DNA of 64,000 nt from Spirochaetia bacterium (GCA_965203055.1 OZ241863.1:256001-320000); one strand, 5' to 3'. Shown: positions 39,882 to 53,921, counted from the first letter of the stretch. A program made the numbers and translations. The notes: generated by a model not told the origin, from the sequence alone.

Positions 39882-41076
39882 ATGAAGGGGCAGTTGTTCA
39901 CCCAGTACTTTCTGACCGACGGCATCCGCGCGACGTCGGAATGGGAGGCCGCGGCAGCGCAGCTCGCCGACTTCCGGCACCGCCTGGACCGCTGCTACGG
40001 GCGGTTCGCGGCGCTGCACCAGCCCAACGAGGCGGTGACCGAGCAGGACCTGATCCGCCCGGTGCTGGCGCTGTTGGGATGGAGCGACTACCTGCCGCAA
40101 CAGGGCGCCGCCGGCCGCGAGGACGTCCCTGACCACCTGCTGTTCGCCGACGCGACCGCCAAGGCGCGGGCCGCGGCGCGCCCCGACTCCGGCGCGCGCT
40201 TTCAGGACGCCCTGGTGGTGCAGGAGAGCAAGCGCTTCGGACTCCCGCTCGACCACCGCGACCGCCGCGGCGGCACGCCGCACGGGCAGATGCTGCGCTA
40301 CCTGGCGACCGCCGAGCTCGCTTCCGAACACCGCCTGCGGTGGGGCATCCTGACCAACGGCGGCGTGTGGCGCCTGTACGACGCCCGCGCCCGCCCGCGC
40401 GCCGCCGGGTTCTTCGAAGCCGATCTGGCGGAGGTGCTGCAGCCCGGCGCCGAAGATGGCCTGCGCATCTTCCGGCTGTTGTTCGGGCGCGCTTCCTTTA
40501 CGCTGCAAGGGACGGCGACCGCCGCCTTCCTCGAAGCCGCCATCGTCGAGGGCAAGCGCTACGAGGAGGCGGTCGCGCAGGACCTGTCGGCGGTCGTCTT
40601 CGAGCGCGTGTTCCCGCGCCTGGTGGCGGCGATCGCCGCCGCGGCCGGGGAGGGCGCCGGCCTGTCGGAAGTCCGCTCCGCCGCGCTGATCTTCCTGTAC
40701 CGGCTGCTGTTCCTGCTCTACGCCGAGGACCGCGGGCTGCTGCCGGTCAACGACGCGCGCTACGATGACTACGGCCTGCGCCGGCGGGTGCGCGACGAGG
40801 TGTCCCGCCGGATGGCCGCAGGGGATACCTTCTCCGCGGCGCGCGCCGTTCCCCTGGGACCCCGAGCAGCGCCGCCACCTGCGCGCCCGCCTCGACGCCC
40901 TCTACTTCCACCTCTACGGCCTGTCCCGCGACGCCGCCGCCTACGTCCTCGACACCTTCCCCATCGTCCGCCGCCAGGATCACGCCGCGTGCGGCCGCTA
41001 CCGCACCCGCGACCTCATCCTCGCCTACATGAACGCCTTGGCCGCCGGCGACACCACCACCGTCGTAGCCGAGTAG
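39882..41076 (+). pseudogene. type IIG/Eco57I-like restriction-modification gene, internally deleted
   Basis: The N-terminal nuclease region (VPDHLLF...QESKR...WGILTNG...LYRLLFLLYAEDR) is fused out of frame at ~40840 to the C-terminus (PFPWDPEQRRHLRARLDALYFHLYGLSRD...AAGDTT). No methyltransferase motifs remain. Confidence 0.75.
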
Positions 41077-41091
41077 CGCGCGCAACGCTCG

Positions 41092-41781
41092 TCATCGATG
41101 GGACCGCTGGAACAGTCGATACGCTTCCGGATCAAATATGCGAGCTGAGCACACTTCCGACCTGGGGAGCACAACGTTGAAGTCCCGAAGTATCTCGGGG
41201 ATTTCGTCCGGATCATTTTTGATCATTTCGTAGATAATCGGCACATAATCCGTGGTGATATGCAACTCAAGGGTGTCCTCTGATCTGTAGCCACTGACCA
41301 CCGGAACAAGGGTAACGTCCGACTGTCCCCGTTTGGTAATGCTGCGCTGACGAACCATTCCGATGTACGATTTTCTGTTCTTCAAAGACAGCTCGATCAA
41401 CTTTCTCTGTTCGAATGCACGTGCAATCATCATCTCGATGAGGTCTCCATAGTTCTCCGCCGTCCGCTTGGCGGCCCTTTCCTCGCTATGGAATCTGTTG
41501 ATCACCGGAGGTATTATTGCCGCCAACAGTATACTAAGGATAGCGGTATCGACGTAGTTTACCGAGATATAGGCATACCAAAAGCTACGAAGTTGTGGAA
41601 CAAGTGCGTCGATGAAGAGCGCGATTGGATGAGCGAACGAAGCGAGTATTATACCTGCAAGTGCAGACCGAAACAGCAAGTGGTAACCGGACAGACGATA
41701 GATCTCGAAGCGGGTAAAGTTCGCGCGCTGTAAGAACCAGTAGCCCCCCAAACTGGGGATGAGGAGCAAACCGAGACCCAT
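41092..41781 (-). CDS. hypothetical membrane protein (lower GC)
   Basis: 229-aa ORF with about three N-terminal TM segments and a soluble C-terminal domain. Confidence 0.7.
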   Translation of the reverse strand: MGLGLLLIPSLGGYWFLQRANFTRFEIYRLSGYHLLFRSALAGIILASFAHPIALFIDALVPQLRSFWYAYISVNYVDTAILSILLAAIIPPVINRFHSEERAAKRTAENYGDLIEMMIARAFEQRKLIELSLKNRKSYIGMVRQRSITKRGQSDVTLVPVVSGYRSEDTLELHITTDYVPIIYEMIKNDPDEIPEILRDFNVVLPRSEVCSARIFDPEAYRLFQRSHR

Positions 41782-41816
41782 GGAGACAACCCGCTGGTGA
41801 CGACCGGTAACCGGCT

Positions 41817-42032
41817 CTACTTATCCGCGGAAGTTTCTGATCCTTCTGAAGACGCATCGGATGCCCGCTTGTTGGAATCGATGGAGGCGATTCCCACCAT
41901 GCTCTTGACTGCCTTTCTGAATTCCTCGCTGCGCAGCAGCTCGTCCGCTTCGTAGTACATGCCGCCGGTTGCGGTTACGTATACCTTGGGCTTCGAGTCG
42001 CTGTCTGACGGTTTCTTGCTTGATCTCGCCAT
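41817..42032 (-). CDS. small hypothetical protein
   Basis: GAGGAGG RBS before ATG 42032; 71 aa, co-oriented with 41092-41781. Confidence 0.55.
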   Translation of the reverse strand: MARSSKKPSDSDSKPKVYVTATGGMYYEADELLRSEEFRKAVKSMVGIASIDSNKRASDASSEGSETSADK

Positions 42033-42280
42033 GAGTGATCCTCCTCGATGATCGGGTCAACTGCGGCGGGGGAAGCGCGCGTGAACAGCTCGGCCAGGCG
42101 CACGTGCGCAAGCAGGTCCTGCCGCCGGGCGGCGGCCCCGGGCCAATCCGGATCGTGCAGCAGTGCTTGCCGGCGCAACTCGTCGGCGATGCGGAAGCCC
42201 TCCTGTGGTCCGCAGCGGGCTATGCGTTCGGCCCAATAGGCATCTTTCGCGGCGCGCGCCATGCGCCATTCGCGAGCCAT
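41975..42280 (-). CDS. small hypothetical protein, possibly truncated
   Basis: Protein-like helical sequence AKDAYWAERIARCGPQEGFRIADELRRQ...; its tail overlaps the next gene. Confidence 0.45.
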   Translation of the reverse strand: MAREWRMARAAKDAYWAERIARCGPQEGFRIADELRRQALLHDPDWPGAAARRQDLLAHVRLAELFTRASPAAVDPIIEEDHSWRDQARNRQTATRSPRYT

Positions 42281-42999
42281 GTAGTCACGAAATGCCGCGG
42301 CTGGTCATACCGGTAGTGTAGCAGGCTGCCCCGGCAGGGTCCATGACTCACCGTGGCGCCCGCAGCGCCCTTCCAGTCGACGGGTGGCCCGTGGTCCTGC
42401 AGCGCATGCTTGCAGGATGGGTGCGTGCAGGTACTCCCCGTGCGGTATTGCGCGCCCGGACGCCGGCTCGCCGGCGAGCAGCGCCCGGCAACCCCGCCCT
42501 ATGACCTCGCCGCCGGCGACACCACCACCGACGTCGCCGCGGTAGCCGATGATCAGGGTCGGGCGTCGGGCTTCAGGCTTGATGCGCGCCGGTCCCGGTG
42601 GTTACTCTGTCGGGGATGAAGACCCGACTGCCCTTGCGCCGCATTGGCGCCCTCCTCGTTGGCTTGGCCATCGCCGCGCTGCTGTTGGCCTGCGATGAAG
42701 CCACCGGCAAGCCGGACGCGCCGGCGCAACCCGCCTCGCCGCCGGCGGCGGAACCGGCAACGCCGGCGCAAAGCAACACGTGCGTGCCGAACGTGGCGAT
42801 TCACCGCACGAACGTCGGAGGCGCCATCCAGGGAGCGATCAAGGACCTGGTTCTGTACTGGGGAGGAACCCGGTCGAACGTGGAATGCCTGCCGGAGGCG
42901 CAAGGGAGTCAGAGGCAGTTCAACCGTGTCGGCAACACGCAGGGAGGGACGGCGACCTACCGAGTGATACGGGTGCTACGACCTGCCGGCGCCCGGTAC

Positions 43000-44403
43000 G
43001 AGATATAACCGGAAGTTGTGGATGGGATGAAAAGAGCGCATCCTCCCAAGAACGATTCAACCACGAATCAGGAGGAGTACGCTCGTGGAGAACAATACCG
43101 GCAGGACCACCGAGGCTCAAGGTCCTCAAGGTCCTGGTGCCATTCTGGATGAGATCGTACGCGCCGGAGCGCGGCAGATGCTGGCTGCGGCGCTGGAGGC
43201 GGAAGTGGACGAGTTCCTGGCGCGGTACGCTGACCAGCGGGATCAGCACGGCCACCGGCTGGCGGTCCGCAACGGCCATCTGCCGAAGCGCTCGTTGGTC
43301 ACCGGGATCGGTCCGATCCCGATCCGGCAGCCGCGGGTCGATGACCGCCAGCTCGCCAAGCAGGGAGAGTCGAGGTTCAGCAGCGCGATCCTGCCGCGCT
43401 ACGCGAGACGGACGCCGAGTGTGGACAGCCTGATACCGACGCTGTACCTGAAGGGGGTATCGAGCGGGGACTTCTCGCAGGCGCTGGCGGCGATCCTGGG
43501 AGAGCAGGCCGCAGGGCTGAGCGCGACCAACGTGGTGCGGCTGAAGAAGGTGTGGGAAGCGGAGTACCAGGAGTGGACGCAGCGTGATCTGAGCGGCAAG
43601 AGGTACGTGTACTTCTGGGCCGACGGCCTGCACGTGAACGTGCGGCTGGACGAGGAGCGCAGTTGCATCCTGGTGATCATGGGCGCCGACGAGCAGGGGC
43701 GCAAGGAAGTGGTGGCGGTCAGCGACGGCTACCGGGAGAGCAAGACGGCGTGGTGTGAGCTGCTGTTGGACCTGCGGCGACGGGGGCTGACGAAGGGGCC
43801 GCGGCTGGCGACGGCGGACGGGGCGTTGGGGTTCTGGGCGGCGCTGCGGGAGGTGTATCCGGGAACGGAGGAACAGACCTGCTGGTTCCACAAGGCCGGC
43901 AACGTGCTGGACAAGATGCCGCAGTCGGTGCAGGGGCGGGCGAAGACGATGATCCGCGAGATGTGGCAAGCGCCGTCGTTGGAGCATGCCACCAGCGCCT
44001 ACCACCAGTTCTGCACGGCGTGGGAGGCGAAGTACCCGAAGGCGGTCGCCAGCCTGCGCAAGGATGAAGGCTCGCTGTTCAGCTTCTATGGGTTTCCGGC
44101 GGCGCACTGGACCCATCTGCGGACCAGCAACCCGATCGAGTCGACGTATGCGACGGTGCGGCTGCGGACGAAGCGGACGAAGGGCTGCGGGTCGCGGGCG
44201 GCGACGCTGACGATGGTCTGGAAGCTGGCGCTGGAAGCGCAACGGAGGTGGCGCCGGCTGATGGGCTTCAAACTCATACCCCTGGTGATGGAGGGGCGTG
44301 AATTCGTAGACGGCGAGCTGACGGAGGCAGCGGCTTAGAGAGACGACAGAACGATTGGAGATGCGCTCGCTGATTCTCAATCCACAAGACTTGACAATAT
44401 CTC
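43000..44403 (+). mobile_element. IS256-family insertion sequence
   Basis: Ends GAGATAT...TTGTGGAT / ATCCACAA...ATATCTC; 9-bp TSD GCCCGGTAC at 42991-42999 and 44404-44412. Confidence 0.92.
43085..44338 (+). CDS. IS256 family transposase
   Basis: RNGHLPKR, LYLKGVSSGD, YFWADG, ADGALGFW, QTCWFHK, LRTSNPIES. Confidence 0.93.
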   Translation: MENNTGRTTEAQGPQGPGAILDEIVRAGARQMLAAALEAEVDEFLARYADQRDQHGHRLAVRNGHLPKRSLVTGIGPIPIRQPRVDDRQLAKQGESRFSSAILPRYARRTPSVDSLIPTLYLKGVSSGDFSQALAAILGEQAAGLSATNVVRLKKVWEAEYQEWTQRDLSGKRYVYFWADGLHVNVRLDEERSCILVIMGADEQGRKEVVAVSDGYRESKTAWCELLLDLRRRGLTKGPRLATADGALGFWAALREVYPGTEEQTCWFHKAGNVLDKMPQSVQGRAKTMIREMWQAPSLEHATSAYHQFCTAWEAKYPKAVASLRKDEGSLFSFYGFPAAHWTHLRTSNPIESTYATVRLRTKRTKGCGSRAATLTMVWKLALEAQRRWRRLMGFKLIPLVMEGREFVDGELTEAAA

Positions 44404-47400
44404 GCCCGGTACTACATGCTGAAGTATCTCGACGGCGAGCCGGTATGCATCATCGACGTAGCCGGCGCCTGCGACCGGATGTTGTCCGGGTTGGGCGATT
44501 ACGACGTGGAGACCCTGCCGGCCGAAGTACCGGCGCTCGATGGTTCACCGACGCCGCCGCCGGCGCCGGCGCCCGCACCGGCCCCGCCGCAGTCGACCGT
44601 TCCGCCGGAGGTCGTGACCGGCGGCACAACCTTCGTGGTAGGAACGCAGGCGACGTTGGGCTCCAAAGCTGCCTGGAACACGCGCGGCGCGATCGTCGCC
44701 ACCGACAGCGGCGCCCTCACGGTCGCTGCCACGAAGACCGACCCGAATGGTCACTTGGGGACGATCACGAGCGAAGGCGGAGTGCTCACGATCACGGGCG
44801 CCAAGTCGACCTGGGACGCGGCTACCAGCCGCCACAATCCGATCAGGATCGATTTCACCGCTACGAATGCGGGCGGATCGACGGCAAGTTCCTGGATCCA
44901 AGTTATGGTTGACGGAGCTCCCGAAAGGGCGCCGGTAGTCCTCCCGACGGAATTCACAAAGAGAGCCATAGGAGTCAGTGGTGTTCTCATCCGCGATCTG
45001 GCGTCCTACTACAGAGACCCGGAAGGGGAGTCTGTCTCCGTCGTCGACGTGAGTGCGAGCCCTTCGCAATTAGGTATAGCCAGCATCGGCAGTGAAGGAC
45101 ACTTGGTCTTGACGCCAAATAACCCAGGCGCCATGACCATTACGTACTACGTAACGAGTACGTCCAACCCGTCCGGCCATGCCGCGCAGTACGCGCGGGA
45201 TACCGTTACCGTCACCATTACGCCGTGACGGCCTGGAAGTACTTCGAAAAAGAACGCATGACGCCCAAGGTTCTCGAGCCGGATCTTGAACTTCTCCCCA
45301 AGAGTACGTACTCATCCAGGCGTGGAAGAAGACCGCGTCCTACATCCGGTACCACAACTGGTATTCTGATACCCTTGAACTCGATTGGACCACGATCAAT
45401 CTGCCCCATTTCCTGCGGGAAATCACAGAGTACCTCGAGTCGCCCGATCAGTGGGAGAGCCATGCGTTGCGGATGGTGCCGGCACCGAAGTCTCAGCGCT
45501 GGCATGTGTCGCCTCAATCACACAAATGGGAGCCAAAGCCGGGCCAAGGCGCTGACGTGACACCGCTACGTCCACTCGCTCACGTCAACCTGCGGGACCA
45601 AGTAGTAGCTACTGCGCTTATGCTATGTCTTGCCAATCGAGTCGAGACCAAGCAGGGCGATCCAACGTGTTCGGTCAGTAAATCAGAGTGTCGTAAAGGC
45701 GTGATTTCTTACGGCAATCGTCTATTTTGCGATACAGTAGGAGGAGAGTTACATCACCGTTGGGGTTCTACGAAGCTCTATCGTTCATATTTTCAAGATT
45801 ATCAAGCATTCGTAGCCCGACCTTCCCTTGTTGTGGAAGGTATAGAGCGGGAGACCGGGAAGCCATCTTTCGTTGTGAAGTCGGACCTGAGTCAATTCTA
45901 CGATCGGGTCAGACCTCATCATTTGATGAGGTCTCTCCAAGATCTAGCGCGAGATTCGCGGGAACATGAGTTCTTCAATTTTGCCAAAAGAGTCCTAGAT
46001 TGGTGACTCTCGAGATGTCCAATCATATGCACAACGGAATGAAATAAATGGTTTCGACAGAGTATCACTTCCCCAGGGTCTGGTTTCGGCAGGTTCTTCG
46101 CCAACTTGGTGCTTCTGGAGTTTGATGAACGCGTTCGTAACAGCATCGGTACCGAAATAGACACCGGCGTTATCCTTGAGGACGCTTGTCGATACGTTGA
46201 CGACATACAGATCGTCGTGACGGCCGATCATGGCGCTGACAAATGCAAGGCCGTGGTCATCAGTTGGCTTCGGGGTCTACTGAACACCAACGCATATCGC
46301 CTTCTACTCTCGGAATCGAAGACGACCATTGCGGAGTTCGGCGATTCCAAACAACCTATAGTACGACAAAGTCTCCAAATGAAGCGGATTCAGTCGGGTG
46401 TATCGGGTGGATTTGATGCTGTCGCGGGTTTGGAGATTATGGATGCAGTGCAAGGACTGATGCGCTTACAGGACGTTTTGCGCCATAAATCGATCGGCGG
46501 TAAGTGGGAATTCTCCCCTGTGCCGGATGTCAAGGGCGAGACCGTGTGGCGGTTCTCAGCCGGCCGTTTTCGTATCACCTACCGTTCTATTCGGCCTCTC
46601 TTGGAAGCATCTGGATCTGTCGACCAGACTAACGAGAGCAGTAGCAAAGTGGTTCAATTAGAAAGAACGGCCGATACTCAAAAAGTCCTTGACGAGAATG
46701 CACGGACATTCGCGCTTACCCTGATTGACCGATGGGTTGAAGATCCATCGAATGTTCGATTGCTTCGAATCGGATTCGATATTTGCCCAGACGTAAAGGT
46801 TCTACGCTCAGTTCTTGAACTTCTCAGGCCGCTTACGGAGAAGGGAGGCCGTCGCGGGGGACCGCGGCGGGTCGCCTGGTATTGTCTTGCCGAGATACTA
46901 CGAGCAGGTGCGACGGAGACTGGACTTGTGGAAGACGATGAGTGCCTGCCAACGGACCTGGACCTTTGTCAATATCGTGTCGCACTCCGCGACGAGGCGG
47001 TGAGACTTATCCAGCTTCCGGCGGCGACCATACCGTGGTATCTTCGGCAGCAGGCTTTACTTTTCCTCGCGGTATTTGATGCCAAGTCAGCGCCTATTGT
47101 TCGTGTGGGTCGAAGTACGGAGACGAGGCATTACCGCCAAGCGATACTGTTTTTACGAGAAGATGCACCATCGATGACGACGGACGACTTCGTTATTCTT
47201 GCGATTCTGTCCCGGCGCACACTGACTCATGTAGAGAGGTCGGTCGAATTGGTGTTGCGTGGTCTGACGCGGATACGGAAGGAGGGTATAGCTATAAGGG
47301 ATCCTGCGTTCGTACGCGAGCTCGGGGAGACTGGCAGTCACTTCTTCGACGATCTGTCCGCTCGCGTCCGGGAAGACATATGCGTCTCTGAAAGGGATAT

Positions 47401-49079
47401 GGAACATGATTATCGGAGTCTTGCGAATATCGTATTGACCAAAGGGCCTGCTAATCCGCTCCGGAATGAGCTATCGATTCTGCGCTTCGCGGATGCGCTG
47501 CTGGAGGAACTTAAGGCGCTGTCGTGTTTCGTGATTACTCCAGGACAGGTGTGTTTGAAGCTGGACAATGGCAGCGACATTGCCGACATTGAGGACCTTA
47601 AAGTCTTGGCGAGTCGCGCGGCGTCGCGAGGTTCTCTGTATCTGCCGCCTGATTGGTGCGAGGTGCACGACCGTTGGCGATTTCAACTTGGATTTCTCCT
47701 GCGGTTCATCCTCACCGGAAAACCGGATTTTACAAGCATTGTACGGCCGAAATACTGGAAGGAGAGGATTGCGGCATATCGGCCGGCAAAGAGCCACTGG
47801 TATCAGCGAATTTACGGCATGTTCAGCGGCCATCAGGCATTCGGAGATGACTGGCTGCCGATCACCGGCTGGATGGAGCAGTTTCTGTTGGCGTTGCTGC
47901 GTTGGCCCGGCTGCCATAATCCCAAGGGATTCGAATGGGTAGATAATGGCGTTGCCGCCGCGCAGAAGAACGTCCGTATACGTATCAAGTTGCTTCAGGA
48001 GAAGGTGGGAAGTGCGACCGGAACTCTTCTGCTTCCCATGATCATTGGGAGGCCTACAACAGACGTTTCTGTTCGGACGTTGCGTGCGTGCGTCGTGCAG
48101 ACGGTCGTTCCAACGACAGATGATATCGATCCGTCGGATCTCAAGCTCAACAAACCAGGCATTCGTAGGAAGCACCGCAACCACTTGTCGGCCGCGCTTG
48201 CTGCCGTCAATCGGATGCTCTATCTACGTAGGACCCACATGCAGGACGACGGCCTCCTGGACTGGTTGATCCTGCCAGAACTGGCTGTTCACCCGAGCGA
48301 TGTTGCTACTCGTCTGGTTCCTTTTGCGCGCGCCCACAAGGCGTTGATTCTGACAGGATTGACCTACGAAGATCTGTTTCCGGGCAGGCCGCTGGTCAAT
48401 TCCGCCTTGTGGATCATCCCTGAGAGGTCAACTTATGGGCTTCAGATCCGAGTTAGACGCCAAGGCAAGGCGCATATTGCCCCTAGCGAGCAGCATTTCA
48501 ATGTGGGCGGCTTTCGACCCTGCCAGTGGCTGATCGGATTTCCGTGGTCTGAGTGTTCCGAGCCGATGTGGCTGACAGCATCGGTCTGCTACGACGCGAC
48601 GGACCTGGGGTTGGCCGCCGATCTCCGAAAGGAGTCTGATGTTTTTGTGATTCCAGCCCTCAACAAGGACGTCAAAACCTTCGATCAGATGGCACTGGCG
48701 CTGCATTATCACATGTTCCAGCTCGTTGTGGTCGTGAACAATGGTAAGTACGGAGGAAGCAATGCGTACTGGCCGAGCGATGACGCACATAAGAGGCAGA
48801 TTTTCCACTTGCACGGACAGCCGCAGGCGTCCATCGGCTTTTTTGAGATTGACTGTTCAGCGACAATCAAGATGAGAATGCAGCGACAATCAAGATGAGA
48901 ACGCGCGAGTAGGGCGGCGGCCTCCGACAGAGGAGGATCGGAGGGGCCGCCGGTGGCGGCGGGAGGGCGTAGCCCGACCGTAGCCGCCGGCGCGTGGGCG
49001 GCGCTCCGCGTGGGGGCTTCGCAGTCGGTGATCGTGGCCGGCCCGGCGTTGATAGGGTGCTCCGAGATTTCACCCGTAA

Positions 49080-51514
<2,435 letters not shown>

Positions 51515-51517
51515 CCG

Positions 51518-51805
51518 ATGGCGTTGACCAACGCAGCACGCCAGCGCCGCTATCGCGCGCGCCGCAAGGCCGAGGCCCGCCAAGTACAGTACCGCAAGCC
51601 GCACGACCGCCGGTCGCGCCCGCAACGCTGGCAGGATGCGGTGCGCACGCTGCGCGACCTCCAGGGCGAGTACCAGGCTTGGCTCGACAACCTGCCCGAC
51701 CCGCTCCGCGAATCCGCGCTCGGCGCCAAGCTGGAGGCGATCTGCGAGCTTGATCTGGCTGACCTGGAGAGCATCGAGCCGCCGCTCGGCTACGGCCGCG
51801 ACTGA
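51518..51805 (+). CDS. small hypothetical passenger protein of the IS21 element
   Basis: ATG 3 nt after the istB stop; MALTNAARQRRYRARRK basic N-terminus; lies inside the IS termini. Confidence 0.7.
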   Translation: MALTNAARQRRYRARRKAEARQVQYRKPHDRRSRPQRWQDAVRTLRDLQGEYQAWLDNLPDPLRESALGAKLEAICELDLADLESIEPPLGYGRD

Positions 51806-51834
51806 CGGAACCGCCTGCGGCGAGCAGCGCAGCA

Positions 51835-51990
51835 GCAGCCGGTCAGCGGCCGTTACGTAACGCTGCTCAATAGCCGATGGGTGCGCACGCTGCGCGACCT
51901 CCGGGACGAGTACCAAGCTTCGCTCGACCACCTGCCCGACTCCCTCCGCTGGTCCGCGCTCGCTGCCAGCCGGGAGGCGATCTGCGAATG
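51835..51990 (+). repeat. degenerate partial duplicate of the istB end and passenger gene
   Basis: 51835-51880 repeats 51475-51521, then jumps to GTGCGCACGCTGCGCGACCTCC (copy of ~51640). Confidence 0.8.
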
Positions 51991-52475
51991 GCGCCGGCGA
52001 CCGCCCGCCGGGAGTTGCTCCCGCGCTACCGTCCCGCCGCCACCAGCCGTTCGCAAGCGCCATCACGCCCTCCCGACCGGCGCCGATCTGACCGCTCTAA
52101 CGGGACCTCGACGGCGCCTCCTGCGCCGCCGCTTCTCGTGCTTGCCAACCCACGCCCGCTTGTGCCATCGTCCCGGCCGTTGCGACACCGATTTTTCTCA
52201 TCTTGATTGTCGCTCGGTTCTCATCCTGATTGTCGCGCTACAGATTGACGACATATCGAGGTTCCTGAAGCGCGGACTGCGCACTCGGCGGGGATGGAAG
52301 TATCCGCCGGCGGGGCGGAGGGGCGTGTAAGCTACCCCGCGATGGAGTGGTGAGACGCCCTCGGCGCTCCTGATAAAGCCCGGTTGGCCGGAGCGGCTTG
52401 GCCGGGTAGCCTAGCAAGGTCCGGCGGCGCGCTGCGGTGGCGGGGCCGGAGGGTGCCTGCTATGGTGGGCGCCCG

Positions 52476-53921
52476 ATGCAAGTGGAACGTGCGTTGTTGT
52501 TCTTCGACGACCAGTACCTGGACCGGCGCGAGAATCTCGCCCGGCGCCTCGGCCAGCCGACCCCGGTACCGGAAGGCAGCTACCGCGACCCCGACCTGGA
52601 CCCTTCCTGGGGCTATCCGAGTGTGTTCCGGGATGCCGAGTCGGGGCGCTGGCGGTGTCTCTATCAGGCGCAGCTCCCGCGCCGTTACGTGCGCGCCGGG
52701 GAGCGCCTGCGCCACCTGGCGCTGCTGGTGGAGAGCGCGGACGGCGTGCGGTGGCGGCCTCCCGATCTGACCGCCGCGGTCCCGCTGGAAGAGCGCCTGC
52801 GCCCGCATCAGGTATTGCCGCTGGCCGGCTTCGGCGAGTGGGGACCCTGCTTCTACGACGCCCGCGCCGAGAACCTGGCGGAGCGCTTGAAGGCATTCGT
52901 CAGCTACCGCGGCGGCACCGGCACCCATGCGCCGCTGTACGTATCCGCCGACGGCCGCGCCTGGCGCCGCCTGGCGGACCGGAGCTGGCACCCGACCGGC
53001 ATCGACCCGGCGGTGTCCGGCTTCTGGAACCCGGTGCGCGCCAGCTACCTGATCGCCGCCCGCCCGAGCTGGGGCGACCGCCGGATCGCGGTCTACGAGA
53101 CCCGCGACTGGCGCACCTTCTCGGCGCCGGAGGTAGCGGTGGGGCCGGACGCAACCGATTCGCCGGCGGCCCAGGTGTACGGCATGCCGGTGTTTCCCTA
53201 CGCTCACCTGTTCATCGGGCTGCTGTGGATCTACCACACCAGCCCGGTCGTCGGAGGCGGCAAGTTCATCCACGGCAAGGTAGATTGCCGGCTCGCCTAC
53301 AGCTACAACGGGCGGCACTTCCAGCGCTGCCTGCGGCAGCCGTTCCTGCCCTGCGCCGCGCCCGGCGAGCCGGGCTACGGCGCCATCTACCCCTCCAGCC
53401 TGGTGGTGACCGGCGGCCGGGCCGGCGAGCAGGTGATCCGCATCTATTCCAGCGCCTCGCAGGGCGAACACGCGCAGGTGCTGGCGGACCCGCAACGCGG
53501 CGAGGGCAGCCTGCTGTTGCATGAGCTGCGGCTGGACGGCTTCGTCTACCTGGAGCCGGGCGGCGGCCCCGGCTCGCTGACCACCCGCCCGCTCTACCTG
53601 CGCGGCGGCCGCCTGGCGGTCAACGCGCAGGCGCCTCACGGCCGCCTCCGGCTGCAGGTCACCGACAGCCAGTGCCGGCCGCTGGCCGGTTACGGCTACG
53701 CCGATTGCGCCGGCTTCACCGGCGACGCCTGCGGCTGGGAGCCGGTGTGGCGCGGCGGCCGCACCATCGGCGCGCTGGCGGGGCAGGTCATTCGGCTGGA
53801 GGCGGAGCTGTTCAATGGTCGCCTGTATGCCCTGCGCGGCGACCTGCTGCCGGCGACTCCGAGCGGCGTCCGCGCCTGGACGGAGACCGGGGCGGCCCCC
53901 ACGCCGTTGCTGGAGGCCTGA
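52476..53921 (+). CDS. hypothetical protein, probable beta-propeller glycoside-hydrolase-like fold
   Basis: LFFDD start, SADGVRW / SADGRAW / SYNGRHF Asp-box-like motifs, LRLDGFV. Confidence 0.6.
   Translation: MQVERALLFFDDQYLDRRENLARRLGQPTPVPEGSYRDPDLDPSWGYPSVFRDAESGRWRCLYQAQLPRRYVRAGERLRHLALLVESADGVRWRPPDLTAAVPLEERLRPHQVLPLAGFGEWGPCFYDARAENLAERLKAFVSYRGGTGTHAPLYVSADGRAWRRLADRSWHPTGIDPAVSGFWNPVRASYLIAARPSWGDRRIAVYETRDWRTFSAPEVAVGPDATDSPAAQVYGMPVFPYAHLFIGLLWIYHTSPVVGGGKFIHGKVDCRLAYSYNGRHFQRCLRQPFLPCAAPGEPGYGAIYPSSLVVTGGRAGEQVIRIYSSASQGEHAQVLADPQRGEGSLLLHELRLDGFVYLEPGGGPGSLTTRPLYLRGGRLAVNAQAPHGRLRLQVTDSQCRPLAGYGYADCAGFTGDACGWEPVWRGGRTIGALAGQVIRLEAELFNGRLYALRGDLLPATPSGVRAWTETGAAPTPLLEA

Larger units (their letters stand above)
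42616..45228 (+). pseudogene. Ig-like-domain lipoprotein (~399 aa) interrupted by IS256
   Basis: Lipobox LLLAC. Removing the IS and one TSD joins ...RPAGARY|YMLKYLDG... in frame. The C-terminal DLASYYRDPEGE motif and beta-rich sequence suggest an Ig-like fold. Confidence 0.8.

Noticed and set aside
45225..48853. RT as a group II intron, retron or DGR
   Set aside because: It has YVDD plus a nitrilase fusion; no intron domain V, msr-msd region or TR/VR pair was seen, and there is no intergenic space upstream.
48858..48902. Direct repeats next to the RT as a CRISPR, retron or DGR element
   Set aside because: They recur inverted at ~52194-52236 and are IS21 terminal repeats.
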